From an uncultured delta proteobacterium (GTDB lineage: Bacteria > Desulfobacterota > Zymogenia > Zymogenales > Zymogenaceae): a stretch of 64,000 nucleotides of DNA. Location: the NCBI GenBank assembly GCA_963735595.1, contig CAVTLK010000003.1, forward strand, positions 1 to 64,000. The letters are read 5' to 3'. Both the position numbers and the translations under genes were made by a program. Below, one piece after another: positions 1 through 8,336 of this stretch. Within the stretch, counting starts at the first letter, position 1; every line of letters begins with the position of its first letter. The notes beneath the pieces were generated by a model. That model was given only the letters and a program-made list of their open reading frames with translations, did not search any database and was not told the DNA's origin.

Positions 1-185
1 ACGATCCCGAGACGATCGCGCTGGTTAAAAGGACCCCCACCCGTCTCAAGATCAGTCCCGAAAACGCCGAAAACCTCCGCTCGGCCGCAAAGATTGTCGT
101 GGCCGGTGTTAGAGACAGGATCCTCGCCAACTACGAGGGCAGGGATATAATGGACGAGCAGCCGGCTTTCGGCCCGGCGCCCTAA
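1..185 (+). CDS. C-terminal end of patatin-like lipoprotein (mirror of 31423-32823)
   Basis: Frame 3 reads DPETIALVKRTPTRLKISPENAENLR..., matching DPEMIARVKKTPTRLKISPENAENLR; stop TAA at 183-185. Confidence 0.85.
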   Translation, partial: DPETIALVKRTPTRLKISPENAENLRSAAKIVVAGVRDRILANYEGRDIMDEQPAFGPAP

Positions 186-296
186 TGAGGCCGGTCCTCA
201 CGTGTTGCCCGATACCGTACTGCCGGCGGCAGCTCTGCCGCCGGCAGGCGCCGCTGGATGGCCGATTTAGGGATGACGCTCCCGCGAGACGGCCTG

Positions 297-971
297 CTAC
301 GGAATCAGAACAAAGTAGTAGGTGGAAGCGGCGATCATGAACTGCCCCGCGTAATACGGTACGAGCGAGAGGCGGTTGTATTTCATCGGTAGCCGGAAGC
401 GGTTGAGGGCAAGAATCACGTCCGAGACATAGAACAGGAGGCTGCCGCCCGTAATGAGGGCCGCCGTGACGGGCGTTATCCTGGGCGAATAGAGGGTCGA
501 TACCGCCGCGGCCGCCATAAAGGAGATAATCAGGATGTAGACCCCTACCGATACCTTCATGGACCCGAGCCCGGGAAGGAGCAGCAGATAAACGGCCGTT
601 CCCAGGCCGAAGAAGAGGGCCGCGATTATCGGAAGCTGGGGGACCGTACCGGCAAAATAGACGAACGCGCCGCCATAGATTACGTGGGCAAGCAGGAACA
701 GGACGAGCCCGATCCGAAAGGGCGTGGGCCTTTCCTGAAACATCAGGGCCAGATCCCCGCCGAAAGAAAACAGGAGGCCGAGAAGAATCGCCAGCGTAAA
801 GGGAAGATACGATCCGGCGTCCGAAAGGGATAGCATACAGACGATAATCACCAGAATCGTGGAGATCGGCTTAAGGATATAGATGCCCGTTTTCTTCTTT
901 TGTATCTCGAACCAGACCAGAAGCGAAACCGAGATCACCAGCAGCGGAATAATCATAATAAATGCCTTCAT
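297..971 (-). CDS. yhhN: YhhN-family lysoplasmalogenase-like membrane protein
   Basis: Multi-TM; GLLFSFGGDLAL, FLLAH..Y, LFYVSD..LA, YYAGQ motifs. Confidence 0.85.
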   Translation of the reverse strand: MKAFIMIIPLLVISVSLLVWFEIQKKKTGIYILKPISTILVIIVCMLSLSDAGSYLPFTLAILLGLLFSFGGDLALMFQERPTPFRIGLVLFLLAHVIYGGAFVYFAGTVPQLPIIAALFFGLGTAVYLLLLPGLGSMKVSVGVYILIISFMAAAAVSTLYSPRITPVTAALITGGSLLFYVSDVILALNRFRLPMKYNRLSLVPYYAGQFMIAASTYYFVLIP

Positions 972-1113
972 ACCGTGTTCCCCCTATTACCCTATTATTA
1001 GTGCGCATATAGTATCAAAGATCAGACGAGAACTCCACCGTTTTGTTCTTTTCTAAACCGCGCGACGTATGTTATAATCCTGAATATTACAGCTATTGAA
1101 TGGAGCACCGTCA

Positions 1114-1656
1114 ATGCGAAGACTCTCTCTCGGGATATCCCTCGTAATCCTCTGTACGATACTGCTGGGCGCCGATCCCCCTCCCTTTACCCTGTACGAA
1201 AACGAGAAATTCGGTTACCGGCTGGATATCCCGGCCGGTTTTATGATGAAGGGCGACTGGGGAATGCAGACCTCATGGGTATACGTCCCCGGCGAAAAGG
1301 AAAAATTTGAGGATGTGATATTCCCGATTATCAGCGTCGTCACCTACGAAATTCCCAAGCGGTTCTCAGAGGTCACGCTTTATAATACGAAGCTGAAAAA
1401 GATTAAGGAAATGATCGCCGAAAAGGACAGTGGCTACGAAGACCTCGAAACCCTCACCGTTGAGGGCGGACATGCCCTCATGTACAAAGAGGCGGATACC
1501 GGCGACGACCAGGCCCTCAACCACTGGTACGTTAAAGTATACGGCAACGGCAGGGAGCACACGCTGGAGGTATCCGGCACCCGTCGGCAGCTCAGGGAAC
1601 GGCGGTCTGATTTTAAGCACGTCGTAGACAGCTTCCAGCTTATCCCCCAAAAGTGA
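1114..1656 (+). CDS. Exported hypothetical protein (PsbP-like fold possible)
   Basis: Signal peptide, YENEKFGYRLDIP; conserved in mirror copy 29950-30486. Confidence 0.7.
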   Translation: MRRLSLGISLVILCTILLGADPPPFTLYENEKFGYRLDIPAGFMMKGDWGMQTSWVYVPGEKEKFEDVIFPIISVVTYEIPKRFSEVTLYNTKLKKIKEMIAEKDSGYEDLETLTVEGGHALMYKEADTGDDQALNHWYVKVYGNGREHTLEVSGTRRQLRERRSDFKHVVDSFQLIPQK

Positions 1657-1726
1657 AAGCCGGCGGCGGCGGAATCGCCGCCGGTGCTTACCCTTTTTAT
1701 ATACCTACGGCAGGGAACAATCGCAT

Positions 1727-2197
1727 ATGCAGGAAGAAATTAATCAGATTATTCGTAGCGGCAGGAAAAAGAAGATCGCGCTCGTCGCCCACGACGACCG
1801 GAAGAAAGACCTCCTTCAGTGGGCCGACTTCAACCGCCTGACGCTCTCCAAACACGACCTGTTTGCCACCGGCACCACCGGCAAGCTCCTGTTTGACGAG
1901 CTGGGGCTTAAAGTCACGTCGTTTAAGAGCGGCCCGCTCGGCGGCGACGAGCAGATCGGCGCCAGCATCGTCGAGGGCAAGATCGACTTTATGATCTTTT
2001 TCTGGGACCCGATGCAGTCCCACCCGCACGACCCGGACGTGAAGGCCCTCTTGCGGATCGGCGTCCTCTACAACATCCCGATGGCCTGCAACCGCACCAC
2101 CGCCGATTTCATGATCTCATCTCCCCTCATGGACAAGGAATACGGCCGGACGATGATCGACTACGAGAAGCGGATCAAGCGGGAGATCCCGATATAG
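1727..2197 (+). CDS. mgsA: Methylglyoxal synthase
   Basis: IALVAHD..K, ATGTTG, SGPLGGD.QI, FFWDP...PHDPDVKALLR motifs. Confidence 0.95.
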   Translation: MQEEINQIIRSGRKKKIALVAHDDRKKDLLQWADFNRLTLSKHDLFATGTTGKLLFDELGLKVTSFKSGPLGGDEQIGASIVEGKIDFMIFFWDPMQSHPHDPDVKALLRIGVLYNIPMACNRTTADFMISSPLMDKEYGRTMIDYEKRIKREIPI

Positions 2198-2274
2198 CGC
2201 GTCGGGAAACGCCGCTTCTCGGAGGGCCCTGTTTTAGAAGACGGATATTCTCTACAACCCATTCCGGTTAATCA

Positions 2275-2715
2275 ATGCCTATAAACAAAATCGATACCGC
2301 CGTTGCCGCCTTTACCGAGGGCTTTTCCTGCTCCCAGGCGGTCTTTTCGGCATTCGAGGAAGAGTTGAGTCTCGACAGGGCGACTGCCCTGATGGTTTCG
2401 ACCGCCTTCGGCGGCGGTATGGCGGGCATGGGGCTGACCTGCGGGGCGGTGACGGGGGCGCTGATGGTCATCGGGGCAAAACACGGAAGGGTTGAGGCAT
2501 CCGACGATGCCGCCAAGCAGAAGACCTACGATATGAGCCGAGAGTTCATGCTGCGCTTCACCGAGCGGCACGGCTCTATTGCCTGCCGCGATCTGCTCGG
2601 CGTCGACATCTCCACGCCCCAGGGAAGGGAGCTGGCCAAAACCAAGGACCTCTTCAAGACGCTCTGCCCCCGGCTCGTTGCAGACGCCGCAGAGATCCTT
2701 GAGGAGATCATCTGA
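2275..2715 (+). CDS. C-GCAxxG-C-C family putative redox protein
   Basis: FSCSQAV, FGGGM...TCGAVTGA, SIACRDL, TLCPRLV. Confidence 0.9.
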   Translation: MPINKIDTAVAAFTEGFSCSQAVFSAFEEELSLDRATALMVSTAFGGGMAGMGLTCGAVTGALMVIGAKHGRVEASDDAAKQKTYDMSREFMLRFTERHGSIACRDLLGVDISTPQGRELAKTKDLFKTLCPRLVADAAEILEEII

Positions 2716-2731
2716 GGCGGTCAAAAAAATC

Positions 2732-2760
2732 TTGACATGACGGCCGAATTCGGTAATCAT
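2732..2760 (+). promoter_or_regulatory. Candidate sigma70 promoter of the selenium operon leader
   Basis: cTTGACAtgac is conserved in both diverged arms; the -10 element is weak and uncertain. Confidence 0.45.
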
Positions 2761-2796
2761 GCAGAAGAACTCTATTGGATACTCAATAAAACCATT

Positions 2797-2994
2797 ATGA
2801 GCAGGCGAACCTTCATAGCAATCAGATGAGGCGCGTTCACGGGGCCCGGGCGGTCCCGCAGACACGCCGTATCGTCCGCTTTCCCGGCCACGGGCTGACA
2901 CACCCCCGCGCCCTGTCCGGGAAACCGGGCCGGGGCGCACCGTGCACCACCACAGAGAAAAGACCTCCATACCGCCAACGACCGTTTGTCATAG
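2797..2994 (+). CDS. Putative leader peptide with two in-frame UGA (Sec?) codons: MSRRTFIAIR-U-GAFTGPGRSRRHAVSSAFPATG-U-...
   Basis: TGA at 2827 and 2896, same 69-nt spacing in the mirror copy. 6 of 8 changed codons up to the second TGA are synonymous. SECIS-like hairpins at 2830-2868 and 2908-2938. Confidence 0.6.
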
Positions 2995-3135
2995 CTCACC
3001 TGTTGTCATCGTGTTTTCCATCCAAACCAGTGCGGCGGCTGCAGACCGTTCCTATATAAAGGAATCAACTAATTTCGGGGGAATCCCTGCATCGGGAGAC
3101 CCCTCTATTATTTGTGCATGAAAGGAGTATAGTCT

Positions 3136-4245
3136 ATGAAACAGAAGCTTGGGTTTTTCGCATCCCGGTGGGGGATCATTGCGGTGGGCGCCCTTATCGG
3201 GATAATCGCCGTGTCCCTGCAGAAGCTGGGCAATCCCGCCAACATGGGCATCTGCATGGCCTGCTTCCTGCGGGACGTCACCGGGGCGCTGGGCCTCCAC
3301 CGCGCGGCCATGGTGCAGTACATCAGGCCCGAAATACCTGCGTTTATCCTCGGCGCATTCATCGCGGCGGTCTCGTTCGGGGAGTTCAAGTTCCGCACGG
3401 GGTCTGCCCCCATCATCCGGTTTGCCCTCGGGATGTTCGCCATGATCGGCGCCCTGATCTTCCTCGGCTGCCCCTGGCGGGCGCTCTTACGGCTTGCCGG
3501 CGGCGACTGGAACGCGATCATCGGCATCGCGGGGCTGATCGTGGGTATCACGGTAGGCGTCCTCTTCCTGAGGAAGGGCTATCCCCTCGGCATAAGCCAA
3601 CACGAAAATAACCGGCTTGCATGGCTTATTCCCCTGGCCGCGGCCATTCTCGTGCTCCTTGCCGTCTTCTATCCTTCCTTCGGCGACAAAATGGCCCTCT
3701 TCAGGAGCGTCGAGGGACCCGGTTCCAAGGCAGCTCCGATCGCTATCTCCCTCGGGGCGGGCCTGATCATTGGCTTCGTTGCCCAGCGGACGAGGTTCTG
3801 CACGATGGGCGCGATCCGGGACGTCATCCTCATGAAGGACTGGCACCTGGCCTCGGGAGTCATCGCCCTGGTGGTAGCCGCCTTCGGCGCGAACCTCATC
3901 CTGGGCCAGTTTCATCCCGGCTTTACCCTCGGCGTTGACGAGGCGGGAAAGGTCATCAGCCAGCCAGCGGCCCATACAGTCTGGTATCTTAACTTCGGCG
4001 GCATGGCTCTGGCGGGCCTTTCGTTTGCCCTTGCCGGCGGATGCCCCGGCCGGCAGATATTCTTGACCGGAGAGGGTGATGGAGACGCCGCTGTCTTCGT
4101 CCTCGGCATGCTGACCGGGGCCGCCGTTTCACATAACTTCAACGCCGCCGGCGCCGCCCCCTTCGCCGCCTGGGCGATGGGCATCGGCCTTGCGGTCGTG
4201 CTCTTGATCGGTTTTCTCTCGATCGCCAAAGGAGGCAACGCATGA
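3136..4245 (+). CDS. yedE: YedE-family selenium metabolism membrane protein
   Basis: GNPANMGIC.ACFLRD..GALGLH, QYIRPEI, GCP.R..LR.AGGD, QRTRFC..G, GGCPGRQ. Confidence 0.93.
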   Translation: MKQKLGFFASRWGIIAVGALIGIIAVSLQKLGNPANMGICMACFLRDVTGALGLHRAAMVQYIRPEIPAFILGAFIAAVSFGEFKFRTGSAPIIRFALGMFAMIGALIFLGCPWRALLRLAGGDWNAIIGIAGLIVGITVGVLFLRKGYPLGISQHENNRLAWLIPLAAAILVLLAVFYPSFGDKMALFRSVEGPGSKAAPIAISLGAGLIIGFVAQRTRFCTMGAIRDVILMKDWHLASGVIALVVAAFGANLILGQFHPGFTLGVDEAGKVISQPAAHTVWYLNFGGMALAGLSFALAGGCPGRQIFLTGEGDGDAAVFVLGMLTGAAVSHNFNAAGAAPFAAWAMGIGLAVVLLIGFLSIAKGGNA

Positions 4246-4454
4246 CGAAGACCATTGACGCGCGGGGGCTCTCCTGCCCCCAGCCGGTCATCATGACAAG
4301 GGACGCCCTCATGGCCGCAAAGAGCGGTCGTATCAGTGTCCTTGTGGATACGATGACACAGGTGTATAATGTAAGCCGCTCCGCCGAGAAGCTCGGTTGG
4401 GCCGCCGGCCACGAACAAAAGGACGACCAGTTCGTCATAACGCTCGAAAAGTAA
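4242..4454 (+). CDS. TusA/SirA (YedF-like) sulfur/selenium carrier
   Basis: IDARGLSCPQPVI motif; overlaps the yedE stop. Confidence 0.9.
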   Translation: MTKTIDARGLSCPQPVIMTRDALMAAKSGRISVLVDTMTQVYNVSRSAEKLGWAAGHEQKDDQFVITLEK

Positions 4455-4457
4455 TCA

Positions 4458-4496
4458 GGTACGGGCGGCCGTTCCCAATGGATGGCCGCCCGTACC
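4458..4496. other. Strong intergenic hairpin within the selenium operon
   Basis: ggtacgggcggcc / ggccgcccgtacc 13-bp perfect stem; no U-tract. Confidence 0.6.
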
Positions 4497-4516
4497 ATAC
4501 CCTTGTGAGACAAAAC

Positions 4517-5665
4517 ATGATCTATCTTGACAATGCCGCCACGTCGTTCCCCAAGCCCGCGACGGTCCCCGAGGCGATCGTGAACTTCATGACCCGGGTA
4601 GGGGCAAACCCCGGTCGCTCCGGCCACCGCCTCTCGGTCGAGGCCGAGCGGATCCGTTTCGGGGCGCGGGAGCGTATCGCGCGCCTCATGAACCACCCAG
4701 ATCCTCTGCGTGTGGTCTTTACCGCCAACGTCACCGCGGCCCTAAACCTTGTCCTGCTCGGGATGTTGAAACCTGGAGGCCGGGTGGTGGCCACCGGAAT
4801 GGAACATAATGCGGTCATGCGGCCGCTCCGGTTCCTCGAAGAGCGGGGCGTGACCGTGACCCTGGTCGACGCCGCGCCGGATGGGGCGATCGACCCACAA
4901 AGCATCGAGCGCGCCCTGGACAAACCCGCTCAGCTCGTCTGCACCCTGCATGCCTCAAACGTCATCGGGACGATCGTGCCGATCGGCGAAATCGCCCGCA
5001 TCTGCCGCGGCAGGGGAGTACCCTACCTGGTGGACGCCGCCCAGACGGCCGGGTGCGTCCCCATCGACCTGGGACGGGACCCCGTCGATATACTTGCATT
5101 CACCGGCCACAAGGGGCTGTTGGGCCCGACGGGGACGGGCGGGCTGGTCTTTTCCCCCGCCTTTGATGAAACGTGCATCGCCCCTCTCATCCTCGGCGGG
5201 ACGGGCAGCCGGTCGGAACAGGAATATCAGCCGGAGTTCCTCCCCGACCGTTTTGAGAGCGGCACCCCCAACATCGCCGGCATCGCGGGGCTCTCGGCGG
5301 GGCTTGACTATATCCTTGCGCGCGCTCTGGACGATATTCGCGCCCACGAGTCGGCGCTGGCCGGCCGGCTCATCGAGGGGCTCCTCGCGATAGACGGGGT
5401 AACGATATACGGCACGACCGACCCGAAACGGCGGACGGCGGCCGTTTCGTTTCGGATATCCGGCGTCGACAATGCCGTCGCGTCCCGCCTGCTGGCAGAA
5501 GAGTTTGACATCATGTGCCGGGCCGGGCTTCACTGCGCGCCCCGCGCCCATAAGACCATCGGGACGTTTCCCGAAGGAACTGTCCGCCTGAGCATCGGCC
5601 CTTTCAACACCGAGGCCGATATAGACGCGGCGCTATCGGCCGTGGCGGCGATTGCTCACAAATAA
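4517..5665 (+). CDS. Cysteine desulfurase-family (class V PLP) protein, probable selenocysteine lyase
   Basis: MIYLDNAATS.PKP, HASNV.G, DAAQTAG, FTGHKGLLGP.GTG, RAGLHCAP.AH. Confidence 0.9.
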   Translation: MIYLDNAATSFPKPATVPEAIVNFMTRVGANPGRSGHRLSVEAERIRFGARERIARLMNHPDPLRVVFTANVTAALNLVLLGMLKPGGRVVATGMEHNAVMRPLRFLEERGVTVTLVDAAPDGAIDPQSIERALDKPAQLVCTLHASNVIGTIVPIGEIARICRGRGVPYLVDAAQTAGCVPIDLGRDPVDILAFTGHKGLLGPTGTGGLVFSPAFDETCIAPLILGGTGSRSEQEYQPEFLPDRFESGTPNIAGIAGLSAGLDYILARALDDIRAHESALAGRLIEGLLAIDGVTIYGTTDPKRRTAAVSFRISGVDNAVASRLLAEEFDIMCRAGLHCAPRAHKTIGTFPEGTVRLSIGPFNTEADIDAALSAVAAIAHK

Positions 5666-5754
5666 CACGGCGGCCCGTACTGATCAGATATAGGTTTATC
5701 TTTTCACCGGTTAATGATATGATACATTCCCGCCGGGAGGCCGGACGAGTTGAT

Positions 5755-5976
5755 ATGGACGAGTATGGTGTTATACTGACCTTTTCCACCGGGCACTCCA
5801 TCAGGGCCGAAAGGGTCCTGAGCGAGGCGGGAATCGAGTTGAAGATGATCCCGGTGCCGCGCCACCTTTCCAGCGACTGCGGCGTTGCGCTGCGCATCAG
5901 GAGCCGGGATCGCCAATCCGCCCTGAAGACCCTCACAGAGAAGGGCGTGTCTTACGATCGGTATGAGCCGCTGTAA
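5755..5976 (+). CDS. DUF3343 putative Se/S carrier protein
   Basis: F.STGH.IRAE, IPVPRHLSSDCGVAL; typical yedE/selD neighbour. Confidence 0.85.
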   Translation: MDEYGVILTFSTGHSIRAERVLSEAGIELKMIPVPRHLSSDCGVALRIRSRDRQSALKTLTEKGVSYDRYEPL

Positions 5977-6024
5977 ATAGACCCCGCGTGTCTGCGGGAC
6001 ATTATTAGCCGTGTGATGGAGATT

Positions 6025-7074
6025 ATGGAAAAACAGGAAAAACTGCGGCTGACGCAGTGCGCCAAGGCGGCCGGCTGAGCCGCCAAGACGGCCCCCGGGT
6101 CGCTGGCGCAGGTCATGCGCACACTTCAAAACCTATTTCCGAAAGAGAAGTTTCCCGACCTGCTGGTCGGTATGGACGACGGAGACGACGCGGCCGTCTA
6201 TCGTCTGAACGAACACCTGGCGCTCATCTTTACGCTTGACTTTTTCACGCCGATCGTCGACGATCCCTATGATTTCGGCAGCATTGCCGCCGCTAACTCC
6301 ATGTCGGACGTCTACGCTATGGGAGGGGACGTCGCGCTGGCTCTCAATATCTGCGGTTTCCCCAGGGACATGGAGCCCGCGGTTATTGCCGAAATCCTGC
6401 GCGGCGGTGCCGACAAGGTCATCGAAGCCGGCGGGATACTCTCCGGGGGGCACACCATCAACGACGACGAACCGAAATACGGCCTTGCCGTCATCGGTTT
6501 CGTTCACCCGGAAAAGGTCCTGACCAAGCGGGGTGCCGTTCCCGACCTTCTCGTCCTCACCAAACCCCTCGGCGTGGGGATTATCACCACGGCCCTCAAG
6601 GCGGGCAAGGCCCGCATAGATCACGTGTCCGAGGCAACGGCCAGCATGCAGCGGCTCAACAAGAAAGCCTCGATTGTGTTGAGGGAGGCCGGCGCTCACG
6701 CGATGACGGATGTCACCGGGTTTGCCCTGGTCGGCCACGCCCTGGAAATCGCCGCTCACGGCAAGGTTCTCCTTCGTTTTAGGGCAGGCTCGCTCCCCTT
6801 CCTTCCGGGTGCCGTCGACTACGCGGAGCAATGGCTCTTTCCCGGCGGGACGGCCGCAAACCGGCAGGCCTACGAGCGTGACGTTCGGTTCTCTGAGGAT
6901 ATCGCCGAGGAGACCGCTCAGCTCCTCTTTACTCCCGAGACGTCGGGCGGGCTGCTTGCCGCCGTTCCCAAAAACAAGCTTGGCCAAATCAGGTCGCGGT
7001 TCGCCGAAGACGGCCGGGATATCTGGGTCGTCGGGGAAGTAGACGAAGGCCGGGGCATTGAGATAATCGGGTAA
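6025..7074 (+). CDS. selD: Selenide, water dikinase (selenoprotein; Sec at codon 18, TGA 6076-6078)
   Basis: MEKQEKLRLTQCAKAAG-U-AAK is in frame with the 6115 ORF; DDAAVY, DFFTPIVDDPYDFG.IAAAN..SDVYAMGG, TDVTGF, PETSGGLL. Confidence 0.95.
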
Positions 7075-7141
7075 ACAGCGCCCGACCTTAACGGGCCGGG
7101 TAGGATATTATTTAAATATTAGGTAAGTGAGGGAATTCAGA

Positions 7142-7414
7142 ATGGAGAATAAGGAGGCATACCGAAAGGCGGAACAGCGGGTCCGGGCGAAGATGGGCTT
7201 TTTCACCCATCTCTGCGTTTACCTCGGCATTAATCTCATCCTCTTTTTCATCAACCGGGAGACCCTTGGCCCCAACGGATACCAGTGGTTTATCTGGCCC
7301 CTCCTCGGATGGGGAATCGGTATTTTCTTCCATTTCATGGGTGTATTCGTTTTCTCCGGCGCCATCAGGGAGCGGATGATCCAGAAGGAGCTGGAGCGGC
7401 AGAACAGGAAGTGA
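7142..7414 (+). CDS. 2TM domain protein
   Basis: A..RV..K.GF..HL..Y..IN, WFIWP.LGWGIG..FH. Confidence 0.85.
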   Translation: MENKEAYRKAEQRVRAKMGFFTHLCVYLGINLILFFINRETLGPNGYQWFIWPLLGWGIGIFFHFMGVFVFSGAIRERMIQKELERQNRK

Positions 7415-7711
7415 TCGTTTCCGGCGACCGACAAATCTCTCACGCCCGGGCTATTTAGGCAGCATACGCTCCTTTCCCTCTTCCGATACGGATGACCTCA
7501 TGTCGGTCCGCGCGAAGACGATGACCGGCCATGCACGGGTTTCGTTCGTCTGCGCAGAGTCTTGCTTTCAGGCCCCATATATCATATATGGCTGGCTCGT
7601 CATACCGTCATACCCTTGCCATCCGGCTTTACATCTATGACCTTGCATCAATACGCCCGATTATGGTATACTTATGCACTAAAGATTTCACGCACCATCA
7701 AGGAGTTCTTT

Positions 7712-8245
7712 ATGAAACCCATCGGCCCGCTGATGCACGAGCATCGGCTCATCGAGAGGATGATCGCGGTGATCGGACGACGAAAGGACATCATCGCACG
7801 GGATCGGAAGGTCGATCCGGTCTTCATCGACACCGCGGTGGACTTCATCAGGACCTATGCCGACAGGACCCATCACGGCAAAGAAGAAGACATACTCTTC
7901 CGAGACCTGGCAAAAAAGAATATGAGCGTCGATCATACCCGGATCATGCAGGAGCTGTTGGACGAGCATGTCTTCGCCCGAAAGATGACCGGCGAGCTTG
8001 TCGCCGCAAAGGAAGCCTGGGTCGCGGGGAACTCCGAGAGCATTGCCGTCATCGTCGACCGGATATCGACGCTGATCGACTTCTATCCCGTACACATACG
8101 CAAGGAAGACAAGGAGTTCTTCTTCCCCATCCTCGAGTACTTCTCCATAAATGAGCAGGATACGATGCTGGCGGAGTTTTACGAATTCGACCAACGCATG
8201 ATCCATGATAAGTACCGCCTGCTGGTTGAGAGTTTCGAGAAGTGA
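7712..8245 (+). CDS. Hemerythrin/HHE cation-binding protein
   Basis: LMHEHRLI, HHGKEEDILF, EH..AR, HIRKEDKEFF; RBS aggag. Confidence 0.9.
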   Translation: MKPIGPLMHEHRLIERMIAVIGRRKDIIARDRKVDPVFIDTAVDFIRTYADRTHHGKEEDILFRDLAKKNMSVDHTRIMQELLDEHVFARKMTGELVAAKEAWVAGNSESIAVIVDRISTLIDFYPVHIRKEDKEFFFPILEYFSINEQDTMLAEFYEFDQRMIHDKYRLLVESFEK

Positions 8246-8336
8246 GAAAGCCGGCCGCCACGCTCGGTTTTGCCGGCCGCGGCCCGTATGGTAGTTTGAA
8301 AACGGTTTTGACGATACACCGGAGATAAATACATTC

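Noticed and set aside
2821..2945. Lysine riboswitch resemblance (tgaggcgcg ... ctgtccgggaaacc ... ggggcgc)
   Set aside because: Too short, lacks the AGUA/AAAGG/GCCGAA core motifs, and the context is selenium genes; an Rfam search would settle it.
2826..3059. Track ORFs 2826-3059(+) and 2772-2999(-) as the real gene here
   Set aside because: Between-arm substitutions cause more amino-acid changes in those frames than in the UGA-containing frame.
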